A stretch of DNA of 64,000 nt from Salinispira sp. (GTDB lineage: Bacteria > Spirochaetota > Spirochaetia > DSM-27196 > Salinispiraceae). Positions 46,101-54,600 of the stretch are shown here, one piece after another. The stretch is taken from positions 2,112,001-2,176,000 of the forward strand of contig OZ271918.1 in assembly GCA_965602015.1 (NCBI GenBank). The letters are read 5' to 3'. Under the pieces are notes generated by a model. That model did not search any database. It was given only the letters and a program-made list of their open reading frames with translations, and was not told the origin of the DNA. Within the stretch, counting starts at the first letter, position 1; each line of letters starts with the position of its first letter. The position numbers were made by a program, and so were the translations under genes.

Positions 46101-48632
46101 TTCCACGCCATTGGCGTCATTGACGTCCCCGGCGAATCCAAAATCCGTGCGTTTTGCCAGGGTGAGAGTCCCCCAAGGGGCTCCCAACTCTTCAGTGAGA
46201 CCCGAAAGGCTCGGTGGTCCCAGGTCGAGAGTAAAGAGATACGGGCCGACCGGCAGACTCGAAACGCCGTAAATATCGTCAACCCGAAGCTCGATTGAAT
46301 AGATCTTTTGATCGGTGATGCCGGTATCGTGACGGAAACTCACCTGACCACCGTCGGATACCGGGGGACCGGTGAGGGCCTGCCACACCCCGGTTTCGCC
46401 GGAATCGTCGGTGTCGCCGTCATTATTATTATCTTGATTAATGCGCACTTCCAAGGTGCTCACATCCACCGAATCGTCGTCGCGGATTTCTCCGAAAATG
46501 TCTTCTCCCAGGGAAAGGGCGTTTACCGGAACGCTGCCATCGGTAATCAGGTTGGTGAAGCTAAACACCGGAAAATCGGAACTTTGGTCGATGGAAAAAT
46601 GCCTGACTACAGGGTCGCTGATATTTTGAGCCGCATCGCGGCTGTAATATACCAGAGTGTAATCGCCTTCGGTGTCCGGAAGATTGAGGCGGGAATCGCT
46701 TTCGGTATCCACGGCGGTGACCTGCCAGTTCACACTGGAGCCGCCGTCGGGGTTGAACCAGCCGGCTGCCGCCAGGTCGCCGGCATCAAACGATGCCGGT
46801 GGATCGGTTTCCGGGTCGCCGATTGCAAAGCTTCCTGAGAGTATTTTGAGGTAGTTGTTTTCCAGGGGATTTGATCCGTCGGTGGCAAGGCCGTTGAAGT
46901 TCACCGTACCATTAAGCACCGCCCCTTCGGACGGAACGGTTATGCTCGCCGTGGGCTGTTGGGTATCGCCGACAAACTGGAATATGGTAAACCCGTAGGC
47001 GTCGGTAATTCCGCTGCGTATCCTGAAACTCTGGGTGCCGTCAGCCAAAACAAAATCGGTTCCGGGAATAAGCTCAATGCCGTACAGTGCGTCGTCGGTC
47101 AGTGGATTGCCGTCGTAATCGAGCTGAAGCAGGCCGTTAACTCCGTCGCTCGTGGCGCTCAGGTCGAATTGCCTGTCGGCGACGCCGTCATCGTCGTCGT
47201 CCCAGTCGTTATCCGCATCGAGGTCGAGGTCTATGCTGCCGCCTTTGAGATTCGTCAGGTGAAGCTGCAGGCGGACCGAAGTACCGGGACCTATGAACGA
47301 TCCCTGTGACGGCGAGACAATTTCCACGCTCGGAATGCCCTCGGGTATGGAGAAGGTGACGTTCGCGCTGGCATCCGAGCTCGCGCTGACCCCGTTGAGA
47401 TCAACCGCAGTGAGCCTGAGGTAGTATTGCTTTCCCGTTTCCAGGGTCGATGCGGTGTACGACCATTGGTTGCCGTTCACCTGGATGCCGTAGGACACCC
47501 TCTTTGCGGTTCCGCCGGATCCGTTGCTGGGGAGCAGAACCCGGTCATCCGGGCTCCCGTCGGGATTGCCGTCGGCATCGAGGCCGTCGTTGTAGCTGAA
47601 CACCCCCTGGTACTCAAATACTTCGAGAAAGAGGTAGGGGTCGATATCCCAGTCGCTTGAGAAAAAACCGTCGTCGTCGAACACGTTTCCGATAAATACC
47701 TGCTGGGCGGCGGTAAAAGAGGCGGGTTCTCCCTCATTGGGGCTGATAAAATCGAATTGGGGAAGATCGGAATTCGGATCGACCCGGATAATCAGGGGAT
47801 TCTGATTAAGACTGTGGCGTATGCTGGCCAGGCTCACGCTGAGCCTTGAAGAAATATCTGCAGCGCCTAGGTCAGCGTCGTTTACATCGACGATGCTCGG
47901 CACGTCCGCAGGATTGACCGCATTACTCAGGAGATCGAAAAAATGGTAGAAATGGCTGTTCACATTGCCCGAGGGGTCGGCAGCGCTGACCACCAGCCGG
48001 TAATCCGCAACCGGAAGCCCGGACACATCGAGGCTGGCGGACCAGCTTGTCCGTCCTGTTGCCAGAATGTTGCTAAGACTGCCGTCCCCTGAGGGGTCTT
48101 GTCCTGACGCCGTGAGAAGCGACACCCGAACGCTTTGAACCCTGGTTGTATCCAGGGCTTCACCGGAAATAAACAGGGTATTATTGAACTCGCTGCTGAG
48201 ATAATTGCTCGGTGAGTTCACCAGTACCGTCGGGGGATTATTGTCGACGGTAAGCAGGACTCTAAGGTTTGTTCTCTTGGCGGAGGAATCGGTGGCGCTG
48301 ATGGTGAATTCATGGTCTCCATCGCTCAAGGTGGTGGTGTTTATCCAGGCGGACCAGGCATCCCCGTCAAGTTCGGCGTTGACAGTCCTGCCGTTCACTT
48401 CCACCTGCACCGAACTTACCGAGGTATCGTCTTCGATTACCCCGGCAAGGCGCAGCTGACCGCCCACATAGTCGCCGTTTCGATGACTCTCGAGAACGAC
48501 CGTTGGAGCGTTGATATCTACTGCTTCGCCCAATCCGGGTTGGAAAATATCGCAGGTGCTCAGTCCCAGAATGAGGATAAACGTCGCAGCCGCCTTGAAT
48601 CCGATGCGTGTATTATTTTTACTTGTACCCAT
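37179..48632 (-). CDS. Giant (~3817 aa) Ig-like-repeat lipoprotein with a C-terminal propeller-like domain; putative adhesin or envelope protein
   Basis: ATG at 48632 after GGGGGGAG; signal peptide ending LGLSTC; many ~100-aa repeats (DxxxP..I.SP..G..GTA.D..W..L.DG.Y...A.D.AGN); rich in D/G/S/T. Confidence 0.85.
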   Translation of the reverse strand: MGTSKNNTRIGFKAAATFILILGLSTCDIFQPGLGEAVDINAPTVVLESHRNGDYVGGQLRLAGVIEDDTSVSSVQVEVNGRTVNAELDGDAWSAWINTTTLSDGDHEFTISATDSSAKRTNLRVLLTVDNNPPTVLVNSPSNYLSSEFNNTLFISGEALDTTRVQSVRVSLLTASGQDPSGDGSLSNILATGRTSWSASLDVSGLPVADYRLVVSAADPSGNVNSHFYHFFDLLSNAVNPADVPSIVDVNDADLGAADISSRLSVSLASIRHSLNQNPLIIRVDPNSDLPQFDFISPNEGEPASFTAAQQVFIGNVFDDDGFFSSDWDIDPYLFLEVFEYQGVFSYNDGLDADGNPDGSPDDRVLLPSNGSGGTAKRVSYGIQVNGNQWSYTASTLETGKQYYLRLTAVDLNGVSASSDASANVTFSIPEGIPSVEIVSPSQGSFIGPGTSVRLQLHLTNLKGGSIDLDLDADNDWDDDDDGVADRQFDLSATSDGVNGLLQLDYDGNPLTDDALYGIELIPGTDFVLADGTQSFRIRSGITDAYGFTIFQFVGDTQQPTASITVPSEGAVLNGTVNFNGLATDGSNPLENNYLKILSGSFAIGDPETDPPASFDAGDLAAAGWFNPDGGSSVNWQVTAVDTESDSRLNLPDTEGDYTLVYYSRDAAQNISDPVVRHFSIDQSSDFPVFSFTNLITDGSVPVNALSLGEDIFGEIRDDDSVDVSTLEVRINQDNNNDGDTDDSGETGVWQALTGPPVSDGGQVSFRHDTGITDQKIYSIELRVDDIYGVSSLPVGPYLFTLDLGPPSLSGLTEELGAPWGTLTLAKRTDFGFAGDVNDANGVESVVISQSKDGGPQTPVAITLMGSPGDPARSWTASTDFSAGEGTYVFTIEMTDSVGGQGSETRTVLVDTTAPASVTISNPAAGQTGLSALGGSAFPFAGTASDAASGIGRILYEVSQNPAASTNIGDYVPVATSGNWSFTDDFDTDGPAADTGRAEGRWYLHVIAEDSAGNLTPFASAASVMFDIDQNAPSLSETSSGIPGSSVVYRNTTVNLGGSAADSNALASVVVEYSKDAGPAVQLLNDTTDDGSWATTLTTAGGDGAYEVTITATDEVGRTRELIRNIIIDTADPDLTVISPVENEFIDGANYTIRGQVTDNSGRGVVSLEYSLDGTNYTAIPLSGLNWSAANIDFSPGGEGAKTLYVRASDGINPYGPASEKAVNIYFDTAPPSLTETTAVAATNSDLVISGTANDTNGFNDVVITATTDGADQGTVYTNASPGAYSYTKTLPGDGSEDGSWVFTITATDVAGRSTELIRAVEIDEQAPESVTINDPGDYLSGNLAAILGTASDAGSGIAAPSGGTVQYSLDFTDDGNDANDSWVNVSGTAGNWNISLDLDTDGTGADTGLSEGAHRIWVRAQDRAGNITVANDNGDTSDDFANRVFVVDQAAPFVSNLREEAGADWGDTILYKAADFTISGTANDTNGVNTVIVRQSKDGGAAVPLTVTLNGSLGDTARTWNVDTDISAGQGSYVYEIVIRDVVGRQTSILKTVVVDQSAPNAPVVSSPTVDQWLSGASFSASGTASDVGSAGISRVYYQVDTRGATPPADLSDPSWNIASGSGSWNGSFSITGEGERSIFVVAVDNAGNESPMTTVNYGIDQNNPLIAITGGVSTAYENADFSFSGTASDSNAIGEITVEERYGAGAYGAPVNAVWNAGPGTWTYNRTLVGGDLDGVYTFRFTAVDAAGKTVSLEKDVSLDRVGPVIAFGNPVPFIDDFPADLGRVYGNGVMSISGTVSEDNGVGNLASLEYSLDGGSSWTPLALGSAFTINGIDTTLIADGLDLTVRVRSGDRNGNSASQDYVIRIDQDSDKPVVSISAPGAGDTIASQTINVSGSISDDDGVGLDPDSVQYRFSSDGGSTWTAWTNVSTSGSITDRSFSFTINSATDGNKAIEIRGEDVNAAPVLSDVASVSFTQDTGAPDLTGLLPAAFSYQSGDFAVSATATDSNGVENVAVRILRDGTQIQPFTNLTDSGVQISGIAGDSPRTINFTVDTSSGGGLYQIILRSEDSGGNTREDSVQLYVDKTAPGLAFTSPTPGSTRNNTISISGTTSDNYGVANLDFRIVDVNNFNSEEVLPTGVLGGISNWTISAFDTRNTTLLNYANDLGGGLYELTLRALVTDQAGNVYSTAGGNDLVFRIDQSEDRPQVMLDDIAFDGSSSITSSTITGTVTDDDGVSAILIDAYAVDNSIAAQTVNLVSGSYGDTSIDFSVTLSSNENGLRGIRIRAVDTVDNNGADYGVNDFSRTDTGEIDFLLDTQLPDLDITSPVANITWSSDDSFDFAGTSADETGIVLLEYKFDDSDLDSGAVSIGAPYDNWSFSVAQAALADGPHTLYVRATDGVGKTRVSSRSFVVDKSAPTINVTSPANGSAVFGPLTIGGTTSDNAGGAGVASVSIGLGKQIDPTNAATLEASTWINTGGTTSWNYSFLNINDYANSTFSTNTGDLDGDGNVDAGETWTDLWDFTFYVRAEDSAGVSGDGNISYLTSYQLQIDPKRDRPEVTILSPGDGSTVGGFVRVFGSAFDSQFVEKIQIAIDANNNGIYTDDVWAEGTLDETDGGVNWYQVNGTNSWNINLNESGEFDPSVGSTRTITFKVRAKDYKETPGDGIFGAEEEVSITFNKDFPQFADINLISGDTVSGTYGLSGLVRDETDIDRIIYSNEGPLLNNTIIFDNPGGLLPVGGANVTGLETPAAAGLGITVELLGTADPDYDPAFPGSYRIGVPINTEAAGLYPNGAGSMSVKITAEDTTSPSPFTNQNLISFSVDNIDPSSLTYTGDTEILGTAAEVQGTVRDTGTVAGIDRIVLFMENRIGELVRLKGGTGSIGAFVAEDVYDLSNAIYNDYRIVIDNSLEGGAVGDDSLPSGDNDGFDERLALSAGTYQWSALFDSTLVSDGAVTLRYRAVDLAGNMAEDSTAAFIANNKPSINSLVLGTDLDGSGTVEVDEQNSIISAGYAASNFTARNDRLYIGVNASGGNGTLRYSVIYNTVEQNGTLTDGTIEIDTSGFTESAADNDQSITITIYDSTTSDDADATDELSDSLTLGFTVDNVDSTPPSIAVADFGFRYSESNNDASKTLDAVGDYNENIAMSGQTRLGHVEYGSDSQYDGADPDVSGRIIIRGKVEDNQIIDRIEAAIPGYDPGTGLGNPFDVYSAAGGALNTADWTFSVDGANYLTESNGNVLNWAFEWDSSSIASIAQSNVTVSFTVYDANGVPNSDSDAITVDIVPYISQLLRNPGSFNTNRTKYGRYPVQQGEAGVEIHGFNLLKAVPADPVNDPNEWVRVYNAAGSADDRTTITSADADGGRIVVSLSGVTHSGILRVNVNGIEAINHINDNSLDYNKEDDGNGIASTLWTDDRYLFVWETGDSLANSNDPEHPSLHVDSTGTLYGSWVNYATSQAYYGTTAARTLIHNKFDPPEFTDIYLDAADNIQVAYLGNYFNGGTQWGFLTVYNPDADAEGDLGGYNGYYVDWLGHDNLLFQFQNPRVVREGNDIHVAYFDNNEKTLKYGYIPNGRSNQTWDDDGGPLMPDGSGAGLVQLNLDGGNAGAGQGGIAPTSLAGQYVAVDVDEFGNPVIMYYDIFNQTLRLAYANTTNPTAYADWTIQTVFRNDDPNRSFSGQYVSMKIDPSGAVHAAFYRTSTGDLVYITAPDADGVDYVFDYSQTVDSEGAVGTWIDLDLEGTTPHISYINNAMVGTFDGLKYAYQDGGLGDWEYEMVPLATTIQNKRTGIVRFSAAAWGETAIGYGSNNFDLVYRKGEEP

Positions 48633-48651
48633 AGTTCTCTCCCCCCTTGAA

Positions 48652-51600
48652 TCAGAAAACATTTATTCTCAACCCAAAGGCCATGCGGTAGGCCAATCCT
48701 CCCTGTACGTCGGAAGAAATGAACCACAGCTGGTTTTCCACATACGCGGCATATGCGTTAAACATGCCGGCATTTTGTAATTCGATTTTTAGTAATTCCA
48801 ATTGAAGAATAATGGCCCCCAGCACCAGTCCCGGCTGGTCGGGCGTCGGGGAGTTTTCCATGGTGAAATACTCAAAGGCCGCGCCGACGGCAATGCTTGA
48901 GGACAGGAAATCCCAATCGGGGCCGAACAGGAATCCGTACGGCAGACTGAACACATTGGCCAGCATCTTGAAACCAAGGACATTACCGTTGAATCTCCCG
49001 GGAGGCGCCTGGCCGAACAGTGCTTGAAGCTTGACGTTGTTGTCAAAAAAGGTAAGTCCGAGGCCGACTTCCCATATGGTCGCTCCGAGTACGTGAGCAT
49101 CGACGTACAGTCCCTGAATGAACTGGGGCACCTCATAGCTGTTTTTGCTCCGGGGACGCAGCATCACGGAAATATCAGAGAGCCCGTTCGAATCCGAGGC
49201 GGTTCCGCTGACCATCAGTTCTCCGTTGAAGGCAAGGCCTTCCTCCGGGTCGAGGATGGTTACAGCAGGATTGGTATCGTCGACGAAGACGTATACCGTA
49301 TCCTGGGCTGTCTCGCCGTTGGCGAATCGGGCCCTTACCAGAATGCTGAGCTGTCCGTCGTTTATTTCCTGTGTCTCGAGCCTGAAGCGCCACTGCTCTT
49401 CGGCGCGGATTTCCCGAAACACCAGGCCGTTGTCCAGGCTGTATTCCAGAGCTTCCAAGGCAAAGGGCCGAAGCTCAGCCCTGCTGAGCTCCCCGTCGCC
49501 GTCGGAATCCGCCTGGGATACCGACAGGTTGTACCCCGCACTCCCCTCAATCCAGGGGCGCTGACTGGCAAACTGCCCGGTGCGAATTGAACTCATCATC
49601 ACCCAGGGACCGGATTCCGCATAATCAACCCGTATCTCACGGGATATGCGCCTCTCGGAGCCCGGAAGATCGATCGCCACTGAAAAGCGCTGATCTCCCT
49701 CGGGAATATCTCCCGATGCTAATTGATGACGAAAGTAGCCCTGTTCATCGGTCTCGCTGACCGCGAAGGCAGAGCCGTTTCGGTAAAGACTGACGGTCTC
49801 GGGAATGCGGTCGCCCTCAACCCGGCCTTCCAGGTAAAAGGGGCCGCGGATTTCCGCGCCGTCCAGGGGATAGAGGATTTTTGGTATTGATTGGTCCACG
49901 CTCACCCGGCGGATAAAGTCCCGGGACACTATGGTCTCGTTGTTCGCATCGTCGTAAACATACAGGGTGAGGTTATACAGTCCTGGGTCCAAAGAGGTAA
50001 TATCGAGCTGCTCTATAACCACCGGTTGCGGGACAAGGCTTCCCTCCAGACCAGTCGACTCCCCGTCTCCTTCCTCATCCAGCAGACTGATCTGATATTG
50101 AACCCGGCTGACCGACAGTTCATCAGACAGGCGCATCTGCAGGGGAAGCTCCTCGGTAAAGTCTTCACCGTCACGGGGCAGACTGACCTCGACAAACGGC
50201 GAGGTATTATCGACTGTGAGAAGGCTGGTTGCCACGGACTCGACACCGTAACCGTCTACGGCGCGGATGAGCACCATGTAGGTTCCGTCCACCAGAACCT
50301 GCGAATCAAGTGCATACACCCACGAACGCTCAGCCTCAGGTACGGAGGGGTCCTCAGGGGGGGTAATTTCAGCGAAATCCTCAACCTCCCCCTCATCGCC
50401 GATATTCTGGGCATCGTCGCCGACGACGGGCAGCAGGCTGGCCTCCTTGTAGCTCAAGCCGTTGTTGAAGGAGACCAGAATCCGTGAGATTCCGTTTTCG
50501 TCGGTGGCCCGACCCTCGAGGGTTATTTCAGCCCTGTTGGTGCTTCCCAACACCGGCGAGGTGAGCTCGGCATCGGGGTTCTGCCGGGAAACCCTGAACG
50601 GGATTCGCACGGGATCGCTGGGAACCCCCTGAAGATCATACGCGGTAATTTCCATCAGGTGCTCATTGTCCGCCAGATCAGCGAAAGGAACCGTAAGCTC
50701 GAAGCTGTTGCCACCGTCGAGATCCCGGGGCTCGCCGCCGTCCAGGCTCCAGCTTATGCGTGATATGCCGTCGTCATCGAGTACGGTTCCGCTGAAAACA
50801 GCGTCACCGGTTATCAGGGCGTTGGGAACCGGCAACTGGACCTGAACCCGCGGTTTATCGGATTCGGGATCGAAGGCTATGGCGGGTCTAATCTCGCCCT
50901 CGTTATTCGCCTCATCGAGCATGCTGAGGACAAAATTATCCGGCAGCTCCGAAAAGGGTGAAAAATCCGCATCGAGCCGTAGGAAGCCGTTATCCGCCTG
51001 GAGGTTTGTTATTCCGTCCCCCAGGGCGAAGCTGCCGACTATATCCCTGGCGTAATTATCGTCGACGCGGAACATGAGACTTATGGCCCCGTTTATGGCC
51101 TCTCCGGCTTCCGGCAGGATGGGGGTAATCACCGGCGCGCTGGCGTCACGGAAAACAAGAACATCCCGGGTGCTGCTGTTGCCCGATGCATCCCGGGCCC
51201 TGAGGGTGATGGTTAGGGGACCGTCGGGACGGGCGCCGATGGGAATACGGCCGCTAAAATTGCCATCGGTCGGCGGACTGATACCGGCGCTTTCCCCGGC
51301 TTCCGGCCGGTCTTGCGCATCGTCGCCGTCGCCATCGTCAGCATCCGTCTCACCTTCTGCAGTCTCGCCCGAAGCATCAAAGGGGAAGGCCGACCAGTTG
51401 CCGTCATCGAGGCGGTACTCGAGAACCGTCTCGTCTTCATCCGTCAAACTGACCCGGATGGGAACTTCCGAGCTGAAGTGCTCTCCGGCCACATCCGAGA
51501 CGATGCGTAGTTCCGGCGGACTCACATCGGCGCTGTACTGAGCAGGTCCGATCCTGTAGACATCTCCGTCGATGGTCGTTGACGTTATGGTTAAAGGACC

Positions 51601-54600
51601 GCTTCGGCTGCCCCCGGTCGAGTTCAGGCTGATATATTGCCCGTCGGTGATGAGCTCAAAACCATCGGGAGCTTGTTCAAAATCTGCGGAAGCCAGTTCT
51701 CTGCCGTTGAGATAGAATTCATGGCGGCCGTCCCGGCTCCCCAGGCCGTACAAGCCGGGGTTGTCGTTTATTGCCCGGTTCTGGGAGTCGGCGACAAGAA
51801 AGAACAGCCCGGATACCCGATGGCTGCGGCCGAACTCGTCGGTTGCGTTGACCGAGTATCTATTGAGGCCGAAGGGCAGATTCGCGACCGGAATGGAAAA
51901 CAGCCCGGCTCCCTCGCCCCGGCTCGTACGGGCGGTGAGGGTCTCGCCGCCGTTGAGACTGTACTCTACTCTGCTGAGGGCAAAGGTACCGGGAACCCGG
52001 AAATTCAGTGACAGGTTTTCCTGACGGACAATTTGAGCTCCGGCGGTTAGGTCGACGGCGCTTATCCGGGGAAATCCGTCCACCACGGTAAATCGGGCGC
52101 TGCCCCTGAGCTGACTGTCCTCCCCGTAGTCCGCCGTGAGCGACAGGGTATAGCTGCCTTCGCCGGGGACTGGAATAAAGCCCTCGGCAACCGGGAAGCC
52201 CTGAATGCTGCCCTCGCTGACTTCCGGTATGCTGTAGCGGATGTTTCGAACCGATTCGACTCCCCGAAATGCCGCGGCGATGTACATTCCGCTGCCCGCC
52301 TGATCGGAGCGAAGCAGCCCGTTGCCGCCGGTTCCCAGGAGTACTGTTACCCCGGGTCGGGGCGGGTTTTCCGGGTCTTCAGTGGGGGCAAAGCTGCGAT
52401 ACACCGAACGGCCCTTGCCGGAGCTGTCCATCGCCCTGATCTGGACCAGTACCGGCGCTCCCTCTGCAGCTGCCACGTCGACCGGGAGATCAAAACTCCA
52501 GCGACCCTCAGCTTCCCTGAGGGTTACCGGGGAAAAGTCTCCCCGGTTTATCCGGTACTCTACTGTTGGCCTTCCGGCATCATCGTCCACGCTCCCGCTG
52601 ATTCGGGGGTTACGGCCGTAGCTTCCCGAGGCGTCGCCCGACAGTTCGAATTCCGGCGGCGCAAAATCAAAAACCAGCGTCGGAAGATCTGCTTCAAATT
52701 CCGTTCCCCGGTCGGTGACGCCGTAAATGCTGAGGTTTTCATACACGCCGGGCTCCGCGCTGCGGATTTCAATGAGCCCGTTCCGCACCTGGGCTTCAAG
52801 AACATCGCTGCCGCGTACTTCAATTGTTTCCAAGGGGTGACCGATAAATCGCAGTTGGTAGGCCTCGCCGCGGGAGAGCTGCGCCCGGGCACCATCAGCC
52901 AGATAGAAACCAAAATCCGACAGGGGACGGCTGAGGTTCCGGCTCCACAAGTAAGCAGTTCGTTCAATCTGCGTTCCCAGGGCGTCCGAGGCGACAATGG
53001 TAACCGGAAGATAGCCGAAGGGGACCCGGGGGCCAAGTTCTATGGCGAAAAGGTACTCCCCTTGCTCATCGCCGCGGGTGAGCCGTACTTCCCGTTGGTC
53101 GACTCCCGGCAAACTCACCGTGACGCTGCCTGATCCGCTTGCGAAAACCACCGATCCGCTGAGTATCCGGTGCCGGTCGCTTCGAAACTCCAGCCCGGGG
53201 CGGTAAGCCAAGGTGCTTCCGTCGCCGGCCGCCATGGATTGGAAACTGATTTGCGGTTCATCTGGAGGAATGAAAAAACTGATTTGCTGTTCATCGCCTT
53301 CGAATCCGTATCGGTCGACGGCCCGGATGCTTATCTGGTGATCGCCGGGTGACAGATCCTCCAGATCGACGGAAAAGCTGCCGTCGGACTCAATGCGTTG
53401 CGGCTCGCCCCGGTTGAGCCGGTACACCACCGCTTCTGGTGCGTCATCATCGCTCACCCAGCCGGCAAGGCGGGGTTCGCTGTCCCCTTCGCTTACGGGA
53501 GATAGCAACTGCACGCCGGGCTTGTCCGCTTCCACATCAAGCGGGCGTCGGAGGCGGAGCTCGGTCTGGTTCCCCGCCACATCGCTGAGAATAAAATCAA
53601 GATCCATCTGGTCCTTCCCGACGAAATCGACCATGATGGACCAAAATGGATTGCCTGGTGGGAGCTGTATCTCCTGGAGCTCGCCGCCGCGGTACGACCA
53701 GAACAGGCTTTCCACGCCGGTATCGTCTGACGCCCGTCCGGCAACCATAAAGTACCCGTTTTCCGGCTCATCTTCCCGGGGGTAGACAATCTCTATGACC
53801 GGCGGGCTGTTATCCACATACAAAAGGAGGGCAGTCTCAGCCGTTGACCCCTGAAGGTCCGTGCTCCGAAACAGGAGAATCTGGGGTCCGTCGAGTAAAT
53901 CCCTGCTGTTTATCGGAATAATAAAGGCTGCCTGACCTTCCCGGGCCGAGCGTGGAATCCGGGCCTCAAGCCACGAATCGCCGCCGTCAAGAGAGTATTC
54001 CATGGCAGCGACCCCGTTCGAGTCGCTGGTATTGCCGGCAATCTGAAATCTTCCGCTGACAAGGTCTCCGTTGCGGTGACTGTCTATTGAAATAAGCGGG
54101 GCGTCGCGGTCGAGAAAAAAGCGCTGACTGACTTCCCTTCCCTGCAATCCGTTGACGTCGGTGGCCCGGGTAGTTACGGTATATTGCCCGTCGGCAAGGG
54201 AATCGGTTTCAATTCGCTGTGACCAAAAATCCGCCCCATCCGCCCTGCGGAAAGCCTCATCTCCTAAGCGAACTTCGACAAACTGAACCTGATCATCATC
54301 ACGGGCGCTTCCGAGTACGGTGAGGTCTCCGGTAATCCGCAAATCCCTTCCGGGATATGTGATGGACGCTACGGGAAGGTCGGATTCCGGATCAATACGA
54401 ATGTCCACCGGCTCTGCTTCAATCACATTGCCGGCTATATCCCGGGCCCTCACGACAACATTATACACACCGGGATCAAGATTGCTGATATCGAATGCTT
54501 TTTGCCATTGATTGATGCCGTCTACCGGGAGAAAAACCTCCAAACCGTCTTCAGCGGCGGACTGAGCTTCTGACGGAGAAACCCCGGCGGTCTCCCCGTC

